DNA of 64,000 nucleotides from Camelus ferus. Its lineage: Eukaryota. The stretch is taken from contig NC_045696.1 of NCBI RefSeq assembly GCF_009834535.1, forward strand, positions 108,812,001 through 108,876,000, read 5' to 3'. The notes beneath the pieces were generated by a model that saw only the letters and a list, made by a program, of their open reading frames with translations, did no database searches and was not told where the DNA came from. Both the position numbers and the translations under genes were made by a program. Positions 12,901-23,790 of the stretch are shown here, one piece after another (within the stretch, counting starts at the first letter, position 1; every line of letters begins with the position of its first letter).

Positions 12901-14349
12901 GAAGAAGGAAAATGAATTATTCGGAATAGCTCATTTCACTTGGCCATTTTCTTAAGAAACTGCTCGAAGAACAGCCTGAAACTTGTTCTGAATTCACGAT
13001 ATACAAATACCCCTCAGAAAGATCAATGAGACAGGGCCAGAAGGTTCTCCAGGAAGTCCCAGCCTTCCCGAGGCCATCCTCACCTGGGACACTCAGTGTC
13101 CACCATCACCATCACTGAGGGGCTGGTGGTAATCTCCACACAGAGGCAGAGGTGGGGGCGGGCTGGCCCTCCCCCAGCCACCCCCATGGGGACTACGTGT
13201 GATTCACCCCGACCTGACCTGGTGGCACTGAGGGCTGAACTGGTGGCGGGAGGGGCCACTCCTGCTGCTGAAGGGAAAGAGGAAGGACACTGCAGTGGGT
13301 CTCACCTGAATCCCTGCCTCCATGCGTGACACTGCCAGGCACAGCGTCCCCAGGGTCCCCAGGTAGGGGGGCGGCACCACGGGTACAAGAGGCTGCAGGT
13401 AACACACAGTCCCCAGCCCCTACGGTGGAGCCACCCCTCCCCTCCCCCACAGGAAAGCACGTGTGCAGGAGGGAAAGTTGCTACAGGGAATAACCTTCAA
13501 CCCCTACAGTTTGTTAAAGAGGTGAACGAATTATTCACACACTTTGGGGTTTTTGTCATTAGACACAATTTTCCTACTATCCTTCTCCTGACAGATGGTG
13601 ACACTGTTTCTAGAGTTGGTGCCTTTAAGAAGGTAGTGTCCTGCGTGAGCTCGGCTACCATCAAAGGGGGCTGACGGATATCACAGAGGGAGCCCTGAGG
13701 GTCTGAGGAGGACAAGGAGAGGTGCTCAACCAGGAAGGGACACAGCTTTGGGTCCAGCCCTGCTCCCTGGGGGCTGCGGTGCCAGCGGCTGGGTGGATTC
13801 CTCCCCAACCAGGAGCAGACCAGCTCCTCTGAAGCTGCACCACTCATTTCCATCCTTGCTGGGCAGCATCCTCGTCCAAAGCTCAGGGCCTCCAGGCATC
13901 TCGTCCATGACATGACAGTCTCAGCACACAAAGGAGTGGCCCCCAATGGGGGATCTTATCAGACCACAGGACTCTCAGGACCTGGACCGGTGTGCACGGC
14001 AAGGGCCCACACCTGTTACCGTTAGCATCGACCCCAGGTCTGCCATCTGATTCCAGACTCTTCTCAGTGTGACTCCACTTGTGTGCAAGCCTGAGGATGG
14101 GCCTCCATGGGCTCACAGGATCGGGTGGTGAGGAGTCAGAGCTGAAGGGAACCGACGCCCCAGCTCACAGGGCAGTGGGAGAAACAGGCGCGAGAGGGAA
14201 AACTCCTTCCACGGTGATAAGAGCAGCAGGCCAGGTGGGCGGCACGTGACCCTCTGGGGCGGTGCAAGCAGTCGGGGAAGGCGGGCTGGAACCTGCTGTG
14301 CCGGCTGCCCAGCATCTACGTCCTTTTCTTTAGTAAGAGCACCTGATTC

Positions 14350-14740
14350 TGCTCCAGTAAACTACTCCCCCCGACTCTCAGTCTATAGGATCCAACCAGG
14401 CTCACACCCTCCCCATCCTGCCCCAAACATCCGCCCCATCCTAGCCCATTACCCCCAGCCACAAGGGATGGTCGGTCACATGACCCAAACCAGCCGACAG
14501 TGATGCACACTGTCTACATTTCACGCCTGAACTTGTGGGTGTCCGTCTTTGCCATCACTTTGGGGTCCTGCCTAAGAATGAAGCTTCCAGGGAAGACAGC
14601 AGAGACACAAGATGGGAGAGGTAAGGTCCTGGTGTTGCCTGAGCACCTGCATCCAGTAAACACACAACTTTTTAGTTTTGTGAATCAATAAATCCCCCTT
14701 TCCTTTAAGCTATTTTGAGTGGAATATCCATCCCTTGCCT
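14350..14740 (+). mobile_element. MaLR LTR (MLT1J/K-like)
   Basis: 'ggtcacatgacccaaaccagcc', 'ctgcctaagaatgaagc', 'gagcacctgcatccag', 3' end 'aataaatccccctttcctttaagctattttgagtgg'. Confidence 0.7.
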
Positions 14741-15374
14741 TTCTCCAAAGGCTGAGTCATGCAGGCTGGGCAAGAAACTGGTAGATCAGGAGGGATGGAG
14801 GGAGCAGAGAGGGCAGGGGGCCCAGCACCAGCCTGTGCTGGCCTGAGTGTGTCCCAGGGACAACACTGGCCATTCAGCGCTGGGAGTTTCGCCTGGGGCT
14901 TGCTGAGGAGGGGACAGGGGATAGCTCCAGAAGATGGGGAGCCGTGACTCTCACCCTGCAGAGGCAGAGGAGCCCCAGGCCATAAGCCAGGGGACAGGAC
15001 TGTGCCCTACCCTCCTCCTGCCCAGCTCCCTGCATAGCACAGAACTCAGCCTACATGCGTCCTGTGAGAGCTGAGGGTGTAGAGCAGGAAGATGACAAGA
15101 TTGTGGGCACGGTTTCGGAAAGCGCCCCCTGGAGGCTGTGTGGAGGATGGTGCAGGGAGCCTGTGCTGGGTGCTGGGAGGCTAGTTAGGGGGAGGAGGCA
15201 ACAGTCTCCCTTCCAGCCGGAGATAACAAAGGCTGAAAAGAGGCCCTGTGGCCACTTCCTTGACCTGTTCCATTTTGGATGTCTTTAAAATGTTTGCTTT
15301 AAAGACCTGGACGAAAAATAAGCACTCAAGAAGTGGAATAAAAATAGGTAAACATAATAATCATCTCACTTAGA

Positions 15375-15500
15375 TGTAGCAAGTTACGGTGTTTCAAGCC
15401 CTCTTACCAACATTAGCTCATCACCACGCTGAGAGGTGGTTATTATCTACATTTTATAGATGTGAAAACGAGAGCTCAGAGGTGCTGAGGAACTTTCGGC
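15375..15500 (-). mobile_element. MIR SINE fragment
   Basis: Antisense MIR core 'ggttattatctacattttatagatgtgaaaacgagagctcagagg'. Confidence 0.65.
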
Positions 15501-16477
15501 GACTGTGGCGGCATCAATGCAGAGGCTCAAGGCAGAACAAGTCTACAGGGCCGTGCTGCCCAGGCCTCTGGGGGTCCCCTGAAAGCCACCGGTCCCCCAC
15601 TCCCCACAGGTCCATACGTGCCCCAGCCTTCGCGGGAGCCCCGGGCCGAGTCCTCTGCAGACTGCCCGCGTGCACCCTCCCCACTGCCGGCAGGGCCGCC
15701 ATCTGCCCACGCTCTCCCTCCCAGCTGGCCTTCTGCTCCCCTCTGCCTGCCAACACAAAGACCTGGTGAGGGACCAGGCGGGCAGGTCAGCTGTTCCTGG
15801 CTGATTCAAATGGAAGGGGATCAGGGACAAGGCTGGATTCTCCCCAGGAGCCAACAGAGCCACCTGCTGGAGTCGGAGCTGAGCTGTCTTGCTTCCTGGG
15901 CAGGGTCTCCACCCCGGAAGACTTTGTCCAGGTGCCAGCAAGCCCTGTGGGAGGCCAGTCTCTTGGGACATGAATCAAGCTCTGGGCAGGACCCCCAAAA
16001 GTGGTGCAAAGGCCTGGCCCACTGGCCGCCCAGGTCAGACAGTGATGAGGAAGGGGAGGGAAGTGGACAGTCCCCTTCAGACAGAGACTTTGGGCTCGCA
16101 GGGGGGTGCATCGGCGTCAGCTCCGTCTGCAAAGGAGGTAAGAGGTAAGGGGCTCCAGTTACGGCAGCAGGGAGTCCAGACTCTATACACAGGCCTCCAG
16201 GTAACTCCTACAATGAATGCAGCCCGCACGCTGGGGGGCCTCCTGAAAACTCTCCAGCAAGAAGAAAGAGGACCGTGTCTCTATGTTAGGAGTGACTTCA
16301 GTCTGTGCTTTCAGAAGAGGTGTCAAGAATCACCGTGTGCCCCTGAGGTATTGAACACTGAAGTCCCGCCAGGCAGTCCAGGCCAGCCTGCAGCCTCCTA
16401 AAGCCAACAAGCCATGAGTCCCTTGAGTCCGGGAAGGGGAACAGTGTATATAATGTTTTTAAAAATGTGTTGCTAAT

Positions 16478-16849
16478 ACTAAGTGAAGTAAGTCAGAGAA
16501 ATATATGATATCACTCATATGTGGAATCTAAAAAAAGACACAAATGAACTTATTTACAGAACAGAAACAGACTCACAGACATAAAGAACAAACTTATGGT
16601 TACCAGCGGGGAAAGAGGGCAGAGGGATAAATTAGGAGTTTGGGACTAGCAGATACTAACTACTATGTACAAAATATATAAACAACAAGGTGTCCTGCTG
16701 TACAGCACAGGGAACTATATTCAGTATCTTGTAATAACCTATAACAAAAAAGAATCTGAAAAAGAATATGTATTGTATGTATGACGGAATCACTGCACTA
16801 TACACCAGAACCTAACACAACATTATAAAGCAACTATGTTTCGATTAAA
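16478..16849 (+). mobile_element. 5'-truncated cetartiodactyl L1 3' end with target-site duplication
   Basis: L1 3' UTR 'actaagtgaagtaagtcag...tcactcatatgtggaatctaaaa...acagcacagggaactatattcagtatcttgtaataacc' ending in an A-tail; flanked by aaaaatgtgttgctaat (16461-16477) and aaaaatctgttgctaat (16850-16866), 1 mismatch; TTTT/AAAA endonuclease-type site. Confidence 0.92.
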
Positions 16850-16866
16850 AAAAATCTGTTGCTAAT

Positions 16867-16980
16867 GTTTAAAAAATGAAGATGTAACATAAAAATCCCA
16901 ATTTCTGGACTGCACTAAAGAACACCCGGAGGCTGGAGGCGAGGGCAGTGCTGCAGCAATCAGCCACAGGCTGCCCGCAC
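16867..16980 (+). mobile_element. hAT MER102-like fragment (split by the L1 insertion)
   Basis: 'gtttaaaaaatgaagatgtaacataaaaatcccaatttctggactgcac' resembles the remembered MER102 interior; similar text occurs at 50420-50460. Confidence 0.45.
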
Positions 16981-17501
16981 GTCCGCCAGCATCCGTAACC
17001 GGCCCTGCTGAGATCAAGTTTCCACCCAGACCAACCACGGAAGCAGCTGAATTTCTGCTCCCACCAATGTTTCTCTGGAGAGGAGGACGCCCTGTTCTTT
17101 CTCAGTATCTCCTTGAAAACTCTCAGCCCAACTTGAGTGCCGAAGCCCTGCCCACTGACTTCCTAATAAAGGCTACTCTGCTGAAACTGGAATCCGAGGT
17201 TGAGAGAGATGCCACCTCCTTGTTCTTCTTTGCTTCTGTTCTTTAGCCCACACTGGAGGAGGGTCCCCACTGCCCTCAAGCCCACCCCGACCATCTCTCC
17301 CTCAGGGATGTCAAGAGGCACTGTTCGCCACCACCTGCTGACCCAGATCCACAAAGGGACCGTCCTTCAATGGCCATCCCCGTGCCAGTCCAGCTTCTCC
17401 AGAAGGGCAGTGGGCAGGGGTGGGGCAGGACCACCTCCTGGTTGCACGACAGGCAGCCGTGAGCAGAACTTGTGAACTGACAGCAACAAGAAGTGAGTCC
17501 C

Positions 17502-17970
17502 AGTTGCCGAAGGCAAGTTCATGTGCCCAATGCACCATGAGGCCAAACAAACAAAGTCTGTGTTTGGAGCAGAGAGAAATTTATTGCAGGGTCAAGCAAG
17601 GAGGATGGGGTGGCTCATGCCCAAGAAAACTCCAGATTCCCCGAAGGGTTTCAGCAAAGCATATTTAAAGGCCAAATAAGGGAGAGGGGTCACAGGGTAC
17701 GTGATCAGCTCGTGCACAATTCTGACTGGTTGATGTGGAGGTAACGGTGGTCAACACCATCAACCCGTAGGCTCCAGAAGGTCTGGGGGCCATGTGCTCT
17801 CGATCATCAAGTAATTAATTTCTTCCCTTTGGTGGTGGTTTTAAGCATCTGAAAAGCTCAGGAAATATACATGAGATACTGTAATCTGGGAACTTCAGAG
17901 AGGAGCTGCAGCAGAGGATACGGGGGAGAGGTCTGTCCCAGGAAGGCCCACAGGGTCCTGCTCCATTACA
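17502..17970 (-). mobile_element. ERV1-class solo LTR
   Basis: Minus strand begins TGTAATGGAGCAGGACCCTGTGGG; TATA-like TTTAAATA (17669-17662) and AATAAA (17585-17580) in the expected order; 4-bp TSD tccc at 17498-17501 and 17971-17974; the 3' terminal CA appears mutated. Confidence 0.82.
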
Positions 17971-18549
17971 TCCCCACTGCCGTATTTCCTCAACTAAGAA
18001 AGACACTATGATTGCTCAGATGCTGACCAGATGCAAAGATAACCACTATATGGTTGGTTATCCATATACAGATAAATTCAGGATGAATCCCCAAACCATC
18101 AGAGGTGGCAAATACACCCCCAGAAAAGGCTTCCCTTACCTGGGGGAGGGGGTAAATTAGGTTTTGAGGCCAAATCCTTTATCACACTCAGGGCAGCTAG
18201 ACAGTCAGGTCGCAGGGAGCAGGAGGGAATCAGGGGAGTGGGTGCCGGGCCCCCACTCACTCAGAGGCATGTGTTCCTCTCTCTCCCTCTTCCTCTCCCC
18301 TCTCCTCTCTCCATGAGGGCATGAACTGGCTCATGTTCTCCCCATTTACGTCCCAGCCCAGGTTGTTAAGTGGGCAGAATTCTAATTTAATGGTTTAGGT
18401 TTAAGGGTCTAGGCTGAGAAAGAAAATTCCAAGTGATGTGTCCAATATCTAGAAATGTCACTTTGTGAATTATGGCTGAAACCTGAGCCACGTCAGGTCC
18501 ATGAGACGCTACCCCGTCCGTCCCCACCAGCGACTGTCCCCAGTGTCTT

Positions 18550-18820
18550 TGATTGATCATTCATTCATCCATCCATTCAGCCAACCTCCGCCAGGCTCTC
18601 TCTGGGTGCCGGGCCCTGTGCTCTTCAAGGGATATGAAAAATAGTGCGGTCCCTGCTTCCTGGGACACCCAGCCTGGTGGAGGAGGCATGTGCAATATTC
18701 TCGCACGGTGCTCTGGACAAGTACCAGGATGGAGGGGAGCTGTTAAGGTCCTCACCGTCATTCTAATTTATGTAAAGACACTGAAGGAACTTAAGCAGGG
18801 AGTGACGTGATCACTCATGT
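18550..18820 (-). mobile_element. L2 3' fragment
   Basis: Antisense L2 tail 'tcattcattcatccatccattcagccaac...tgccgggccctgtgct...gtccctgcttcctggg'. Confidence 0.6.
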
Positions 18821-19934
18821 AATTGAATAAATTACATGTCAAGAAAGCACAGTTCTGCCCACGATACTGTTAGTTGGATTGTTACATGACTGGCAGGCCC
18901 CGTTCTAGCCTCCCTTTATTTATTGGAAATCTGTGGTGTGGAATGTGATAGGTTGGCCATAAAAATGTCTAATCGCTACATGTGAAATAGCCGTGTCTCT
19001 CAGCTTTGCATGAAAATGGCAAATTCTGCTTAATGTTCCTGGACTCTCTTACAGTCTGATTAATTGTACTGGATCCAAATTATAAGCAGTGGAAGAGGCG
19101 AGAGGAGAGGGACTGTTAGCACAGGGCCTCCCCCTGGAACGGGAGTTATCTTTCAGATGTGCTCATAAGAGCCCAGGTAAACCACATCAGAGCTACTCTA
19201 GTATCCTGGAACCCCTTAGTTGGTGTGGGGGAAGTGGGGGTGCAGATCATCGGTTCCCTCCTAGGCAGGCAAAGCTGCTCCCCAGAATCAAGCCATCCTT
19301 CGTCAATTTGTTGTGAGAAGGTGTCCTTTATTCTCAGGTGTCCAGTGAGGCTCAGAACCACCAGAATGCACCCGAGGGAAAACAGAGGGACGGGAGAGGA
19401 CCGGAAAGTCAAGGATTTTACAGCAGAAGGGGTCCCCTCCACATGGGGAACAAGAGCAGATGCAGGCATCGGAGGTGGGTGGAGGGGCAATTTGGCAGCC
19501 CCTGTGTCACCACATGGTGACACAGCATCCAATGCTTGCTATCAAATAGCTGCCCATATGGTTCCATTCTAATCTGGACTTTTTGCAGACGTTGCCCTTG
19601 GCTGCATTAATAGCTTGGTGCAGTTACCTGTATTAACTCCCCTAAGGAGGCCGACCGCTGGCCATCACGGGGCCATGCTGATGCAGTCCCTGTGGGGATA
19701 ACCCAGAGCTTTAAGGCAGCCACTACTCATTCTACCCAACCCTCCCCGCCACTCACACTTGCTCCCTCACCTGCAGCTGCTGGGATGATGAGGAGGGTAA
19801 TTGCAAAGACCCAGGGTCCAGACACAGTAACTGCTCTGTTAGAAGTGACCATGAGCCAGCTAAGGAACACCGTCTCAGGGGATCCTCAAACATTCTCTTT
19901 TGGGGGTAGCACCCAAGCAGGTTTGTCTTGGAAA

Positions 19935-20115
19935 GGTAGCATGGAGAAGAGTTTTGGAGCAGACAAAACTGGGTTTGAACTTCACCTCTGCCACCGATAA
20001 GCTTGGATAACCTTAAGCAAGATAGGTGATTTCTTTGCAACTTTCACTTCCTGAAAAACAGAGTAGATGAAATCTACTTTGCTAGGTTATTACTGAAATT
20101 AGCAAAACATGTGTT
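19935..20115 (+). mobile_element. MIR SINE
   Basis: 'ttttggagcagacaaaactgggtttgaacttcacctctgccac...accttaagcaag...atctactttgctaggttattactgaaattag'. Confidence 0.7.
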
Positions 20116-20119
20116 CGTG

Positions 20120-21010
20120 AATTCACTCAATAAATATTTACTGAGAGCCTCCCATGTTCCAAGTAGGGTCCTAAGCCCTGTTCAGAGCAGAATCCGCACT
20201 CCAGTGCATGCAGACTGTAGGTTAGTAAACAAATAAGGAAGATAATTTCAGATAACTGCAAGTGCTCCAAGGTGGTCTAATAATGATTTAACTAAGGTGG
20301 GGTGGCAAGGCCTCTCTGGAACCTGCCTGATGAGAAGGAGCAGGTCCTGGAAAGCCCCGAGGGAAGGCTTCCAGGCAGAGGGAACAGAAACTGCAAAGGT
20401 CCCGAGGTGGGAAAAAGCCTGCTCTGTTAAAGAGCCAGAGAGGTCAGCAGAGCCTGCAGAATACTGCAAAGCGGGTCAAGGGTCAGAGCACGTGGAATCC
20501 CGGGGGCCATGGCACCAAGCTGGGGTCTTATTCTAAGTGTGATGGGAAGACAACAGGAGTTTGAAATGGGGAAGGGGTTCACCTGACTGAGACTTGGAAT
20601 GGGGGAGAAGGAACCTGGAGGCCAAAGATGATAGGGGCTGGGACCAGGTGGTGGAGGTGGAGGGAAGGGGACAAAAAGGGGACAGATCCAGGAGGTGCTC
20701 TGGAAGGAGAGCTGGCAGGGTATATGGGTAGACTGGGCCACGAGGCAGAGAGGGGATTAAAGGCAACCCGTGCTTTGGGGCTATGACAACCAGGCAGATC
20801 ATAAGGCCATTCACTGGGACTGGCAGAGGAACAGTTCAGTTTTGGACATGCTGTGGCCGAGGAGGCTGCAACAGTCCAGTGCAGAGATCCAGGGCCAAAG
20901 GGGAATCAGGTGTTTGCAGTGGGAGGAGAGACTGGGCTGGAAGTGAGTTTGGGGGTCCTCAGGGTCCAGGCAGTATTTAAAGTCCCAGGCTTGGCTGAGC
21001 TCACCTAGGG
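20120..21010 (-). mobile_element. L2 LINE (about 0.9 kb)
   Basis: Antisense 3' end 'attcactcaataaatatttactgagagcctcccatgttcca' followed by typical interior 'ttccaggcagagggaacag...tgcaaaggtcccgagg', 'gttcagttttggacatgctg'. Confidence 0.8.
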
Positions 21011-21684
21011 AGCCCTGCATTACAAAGTGCAGTGCGCTCAGTACAGGCAATAATAATAAAGCTCATAAATAATAAATAATGAACACGGCGAGGTGGCAGA
21101 CCAACCGCCCCACATCTACCTGATTTGCCCCCGGTAACCGAATCCACTTTGAACAAAGAACTCAAAGGCCTCTGGAGCTTAGCACCGTTTTCCCCTACCC
21201 CAGTGCCAGAGTGTGAGGACTTCACCTGCAGAACTCCTCACTCCCTCATCCAAGCCAAGCCTCTAGCCCAGAGAATTGGCCAAACTGACTCACTGGAGGC
21301 TCCGATTATGAAAGGTACCCACCTGCCTGGACCCAGGGGCACCCGGGCAGTAACGGCCAGAAAGCGGCAGTGTTTTGAGTAAGCGATGGGCTCCATGTTA
21401 GACCCCAAGCTGTAATCATTACCCAGCTCCCCTCCTCCCCTGAGCGGCAGCTGGTTTGAAAGGTTGTTACCTGACATCGTTTTAGTAACCGGGGCCTTTG
21501 ATGGCCTCCCTCGGCTGATGCATTTCTAATCTCTGCTACGTTATTAAGCTGAGGCCTTTCTCCCTGTGCGGTAACCCATGGTAAAGGGTCACAGGTCACC
21601 CGTCCCAGGGGCAGGAGGGGGTCTGAGCTAATAGAGAGCCTACCTGGTGTTTGAACACACCCGGGCTAGGGGGGAAGAGGGGGC

Positions 21685-21775
21685 TTCGGGGCCCTGCTCT
21701 GACCCTCTTGTACCAGATAAACCAGGCAAGTTGCTTAACTTCTGTGAGATCCATTTCCACAGTGGAAAACCAGGG
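21685..21775 (+). mobile_element. MIR core fragment
   Basis: 'ggcaagttgcttaacttctgtgagatccatttccacagtggaaaa'. Confidence 0.45.
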
Positions 21776-22397
21776 AGGCATGGCCAAGAGGGAGCTGACA
21801 CTTTAAGTACTTACTCTGTACTGGAAACTCGGTGATTCTTATTTCATTTAATCCCCACGACAGTCTGGAAGGTCGGCCTCCTTGTCCCTGTCCTAATGAT
21901 GAGGCTCCTGAGACCAGCCCTGTCTTTGGCTGGGGTTTTCTGAGGCTGGGTCATCCTCGCACACTGCAGCTGATTCAGGCGGTCCAGGGCGATATTAGGT
22001 GATGCTGGTCTCTGCCTGAGATCTTGAATCCAGTGGGACTCAAAACTGTTGTGCCTGCCTGGGTCCCTGGGAAAAGGGGTGAGTGCCCTCCTGGCCTTCC
22101 TGGGGGAATCTGGCACTTGGGACCACCCTGAGGAAATACACTTAGAGTGGGCAGGATGCTTTCCTCCAACATCCCCACCCAGCCCTGCCCACTCTGCTCT
22201 GGGTATCCCCCTCGCTCAGATCGGACGCCCACAAACTGTGGACATCAGGTCTGCCTGTGGGACTGAAGCCACTATGTGGACTGTGGGCTCTCCTTAGGGA
22301 GTCCAGGGCTCCCTTCTTCTCTCGCCCATCCCACTGGGCCCAGCTCACTCTCTCAACATCCTCTGCAACTGGCCAGTTATCCGAGAGCAAACTTGGG

Positions 22398-22870
22398 CAG
22401 TGGAAGTCTCTTTAATGACCTTGTCTGATTCGCCCGCTTTACCGGCTCTTCTCTATTCACTCTGTCAAATGCACGGACCCGATGCCCACAGCCCTGTGAC
22501 AGCTCAAGGAGACTCGTGCACTTGTGCCCCGCGAGTTCAACAGAACGCTTGCCCAGAGTCTGCTATGTCTGTCCCCACACCTGTTTGCCAGTTGTATTTG
22601 TTGTTATAAATACTTAATTTAATCAAATATTAATAAACCTATAAAGTATAAATGTGAAGTAGAGCTGTTGCTCCTGTGACACTAAGTTGAATGCTTTGGA
22701 AAGACACCATAAACACAAGTTGCTAAAAAACTGTTCACTTTTTGGACAGGGTAAGACAAAGCTAAGAGATCAGAAACAAAATATGACTAAAAATCCAGCC
22801 AATTTTGCACTCAAAATGCTTTATAGGGTCTTAAAGTTCTTGTTCCATTACAAGAAGCCAGAAGTGCACA
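22398..22870 (+). mobile_element. Tigger-type (pogo/TcMar) DNA transposon 5' fragment, Tigger13a-like
   Basis: Starts with TIR-like 'cagtggaagtctctttaatgacc'; decayed transposase N-terminus TKLNALER...LLK....GQGKTKLRD resembles the CENP-B/psq HTH of Tigger transposases; ends at YKKPEV. Confidence 0.7.
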
Positions 22871-23059
22871 CGGGAGAGGGCGTGTTTTAAGATGGACAGA
22901 GTGAGATGGTCTCTGAGCTTCCAGCCGACCTCAGGAAGTGGTTCAAGGTCACGCACAGGCTTACCCCACACCCCACCCCGGCCAGGGTCCACCCAAGCGC
23001 TCTTCCTAGGAGTGCAAGAACAAAGTCTCCTGCTATTCTTTCCATTGAGTCCACCCTGG

Positions 23060-23260
23060 AAGGCTACAGCTGCCTGCAAGCATCCTGGTGAGGTCATGCA
23101 GAGAGTCTGGGGGAATGGCATCAGCCCAGCAGGAGTGATGAACAAAGGGAAAGAGAAGCCAGGTCCATGGCGCTGTCTAACCCTCCTGGTCCACTAGGAA
23201 AAGTCAACGAATTTCTCATTTGCTTAAGCCAATTTGGATTATGTTTTCCATCACCTGCCT
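23060..23260 (+). mobile_element. MLT1-like LTR 3' fragment
   Basis: 3' end 'gtcaacgaatttctcatttgcttaagccaatttggattatgttttccatcacctgc' typical of MLT1J/K. Confidence 0.5.
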
Positions 23261-23334
23261 AATTTTTCCTCTTCCGAGAACGCCCTTCCAGACTGGCTTT
23301 CTCGACCTCCCCTTCTCCTTCTTCTCCATCTAAC

Positions 23335-23470
23335 ACTGCGTAACACATTTGATCTTTCCAACAACCCCGTGAAATAAGTACTACTGTGAAGAAACGGAGG
23401 CACAGGGCTGTTAAGTGACTTCCTCAAGGTACACAGCTTGTAAGAGGCAGAGGCAAGAGCGGAAGCCACC
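23335..23470 (-). mobile_element. MIR fragment
   Basis: 'tttccaacaaccccgtgaaataagtactac...gaagaaacggaggcacagggctgttaagtgacttcctcaaggtacacagc'. Confidence 0.7.
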
Positions 23471-23684
23471 CAATCATCGCTCCAGGGAGAGGTCATCAGA
23501 CCCATGGTGTCTGGTGCACCGGTGGCCGCCCCGTCACACACGACGGCTAAGAGCACAGCGTGATGGAAGGCCTGCTCTGCGGACTCATTATCTTCCCATC
23601 AGGAGGTCCAATATACATGGCTATTCCTGCACCGGCCACAGGTATATCACCTCCAGCGTTTAGCCAGTCCATCTTCCTCCACTG

Positions 23685-23790
23685 TCTGGTAAACAACTGG
23701 AAGCCAAGAACGGGTCCTATTCTGGTTTGTATCCCCAGAACCTGACATATACTGGGTGCTCAGTAAATGTCTAGTGAACGTAACTGAGCA
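23685..23790 (+). mobile_element. L2 3' end
   Basis: 'tttgtatccccagaacctgacatatactgggtgctcagtaaatgtctagtgaac'. Confidence 0.6.

Noticed and set aside
15389..16401. Dense stack of 100-176 aa ORFs
   Set aside because: GC-rich background, begins in a MIR, no homology I can recognise.
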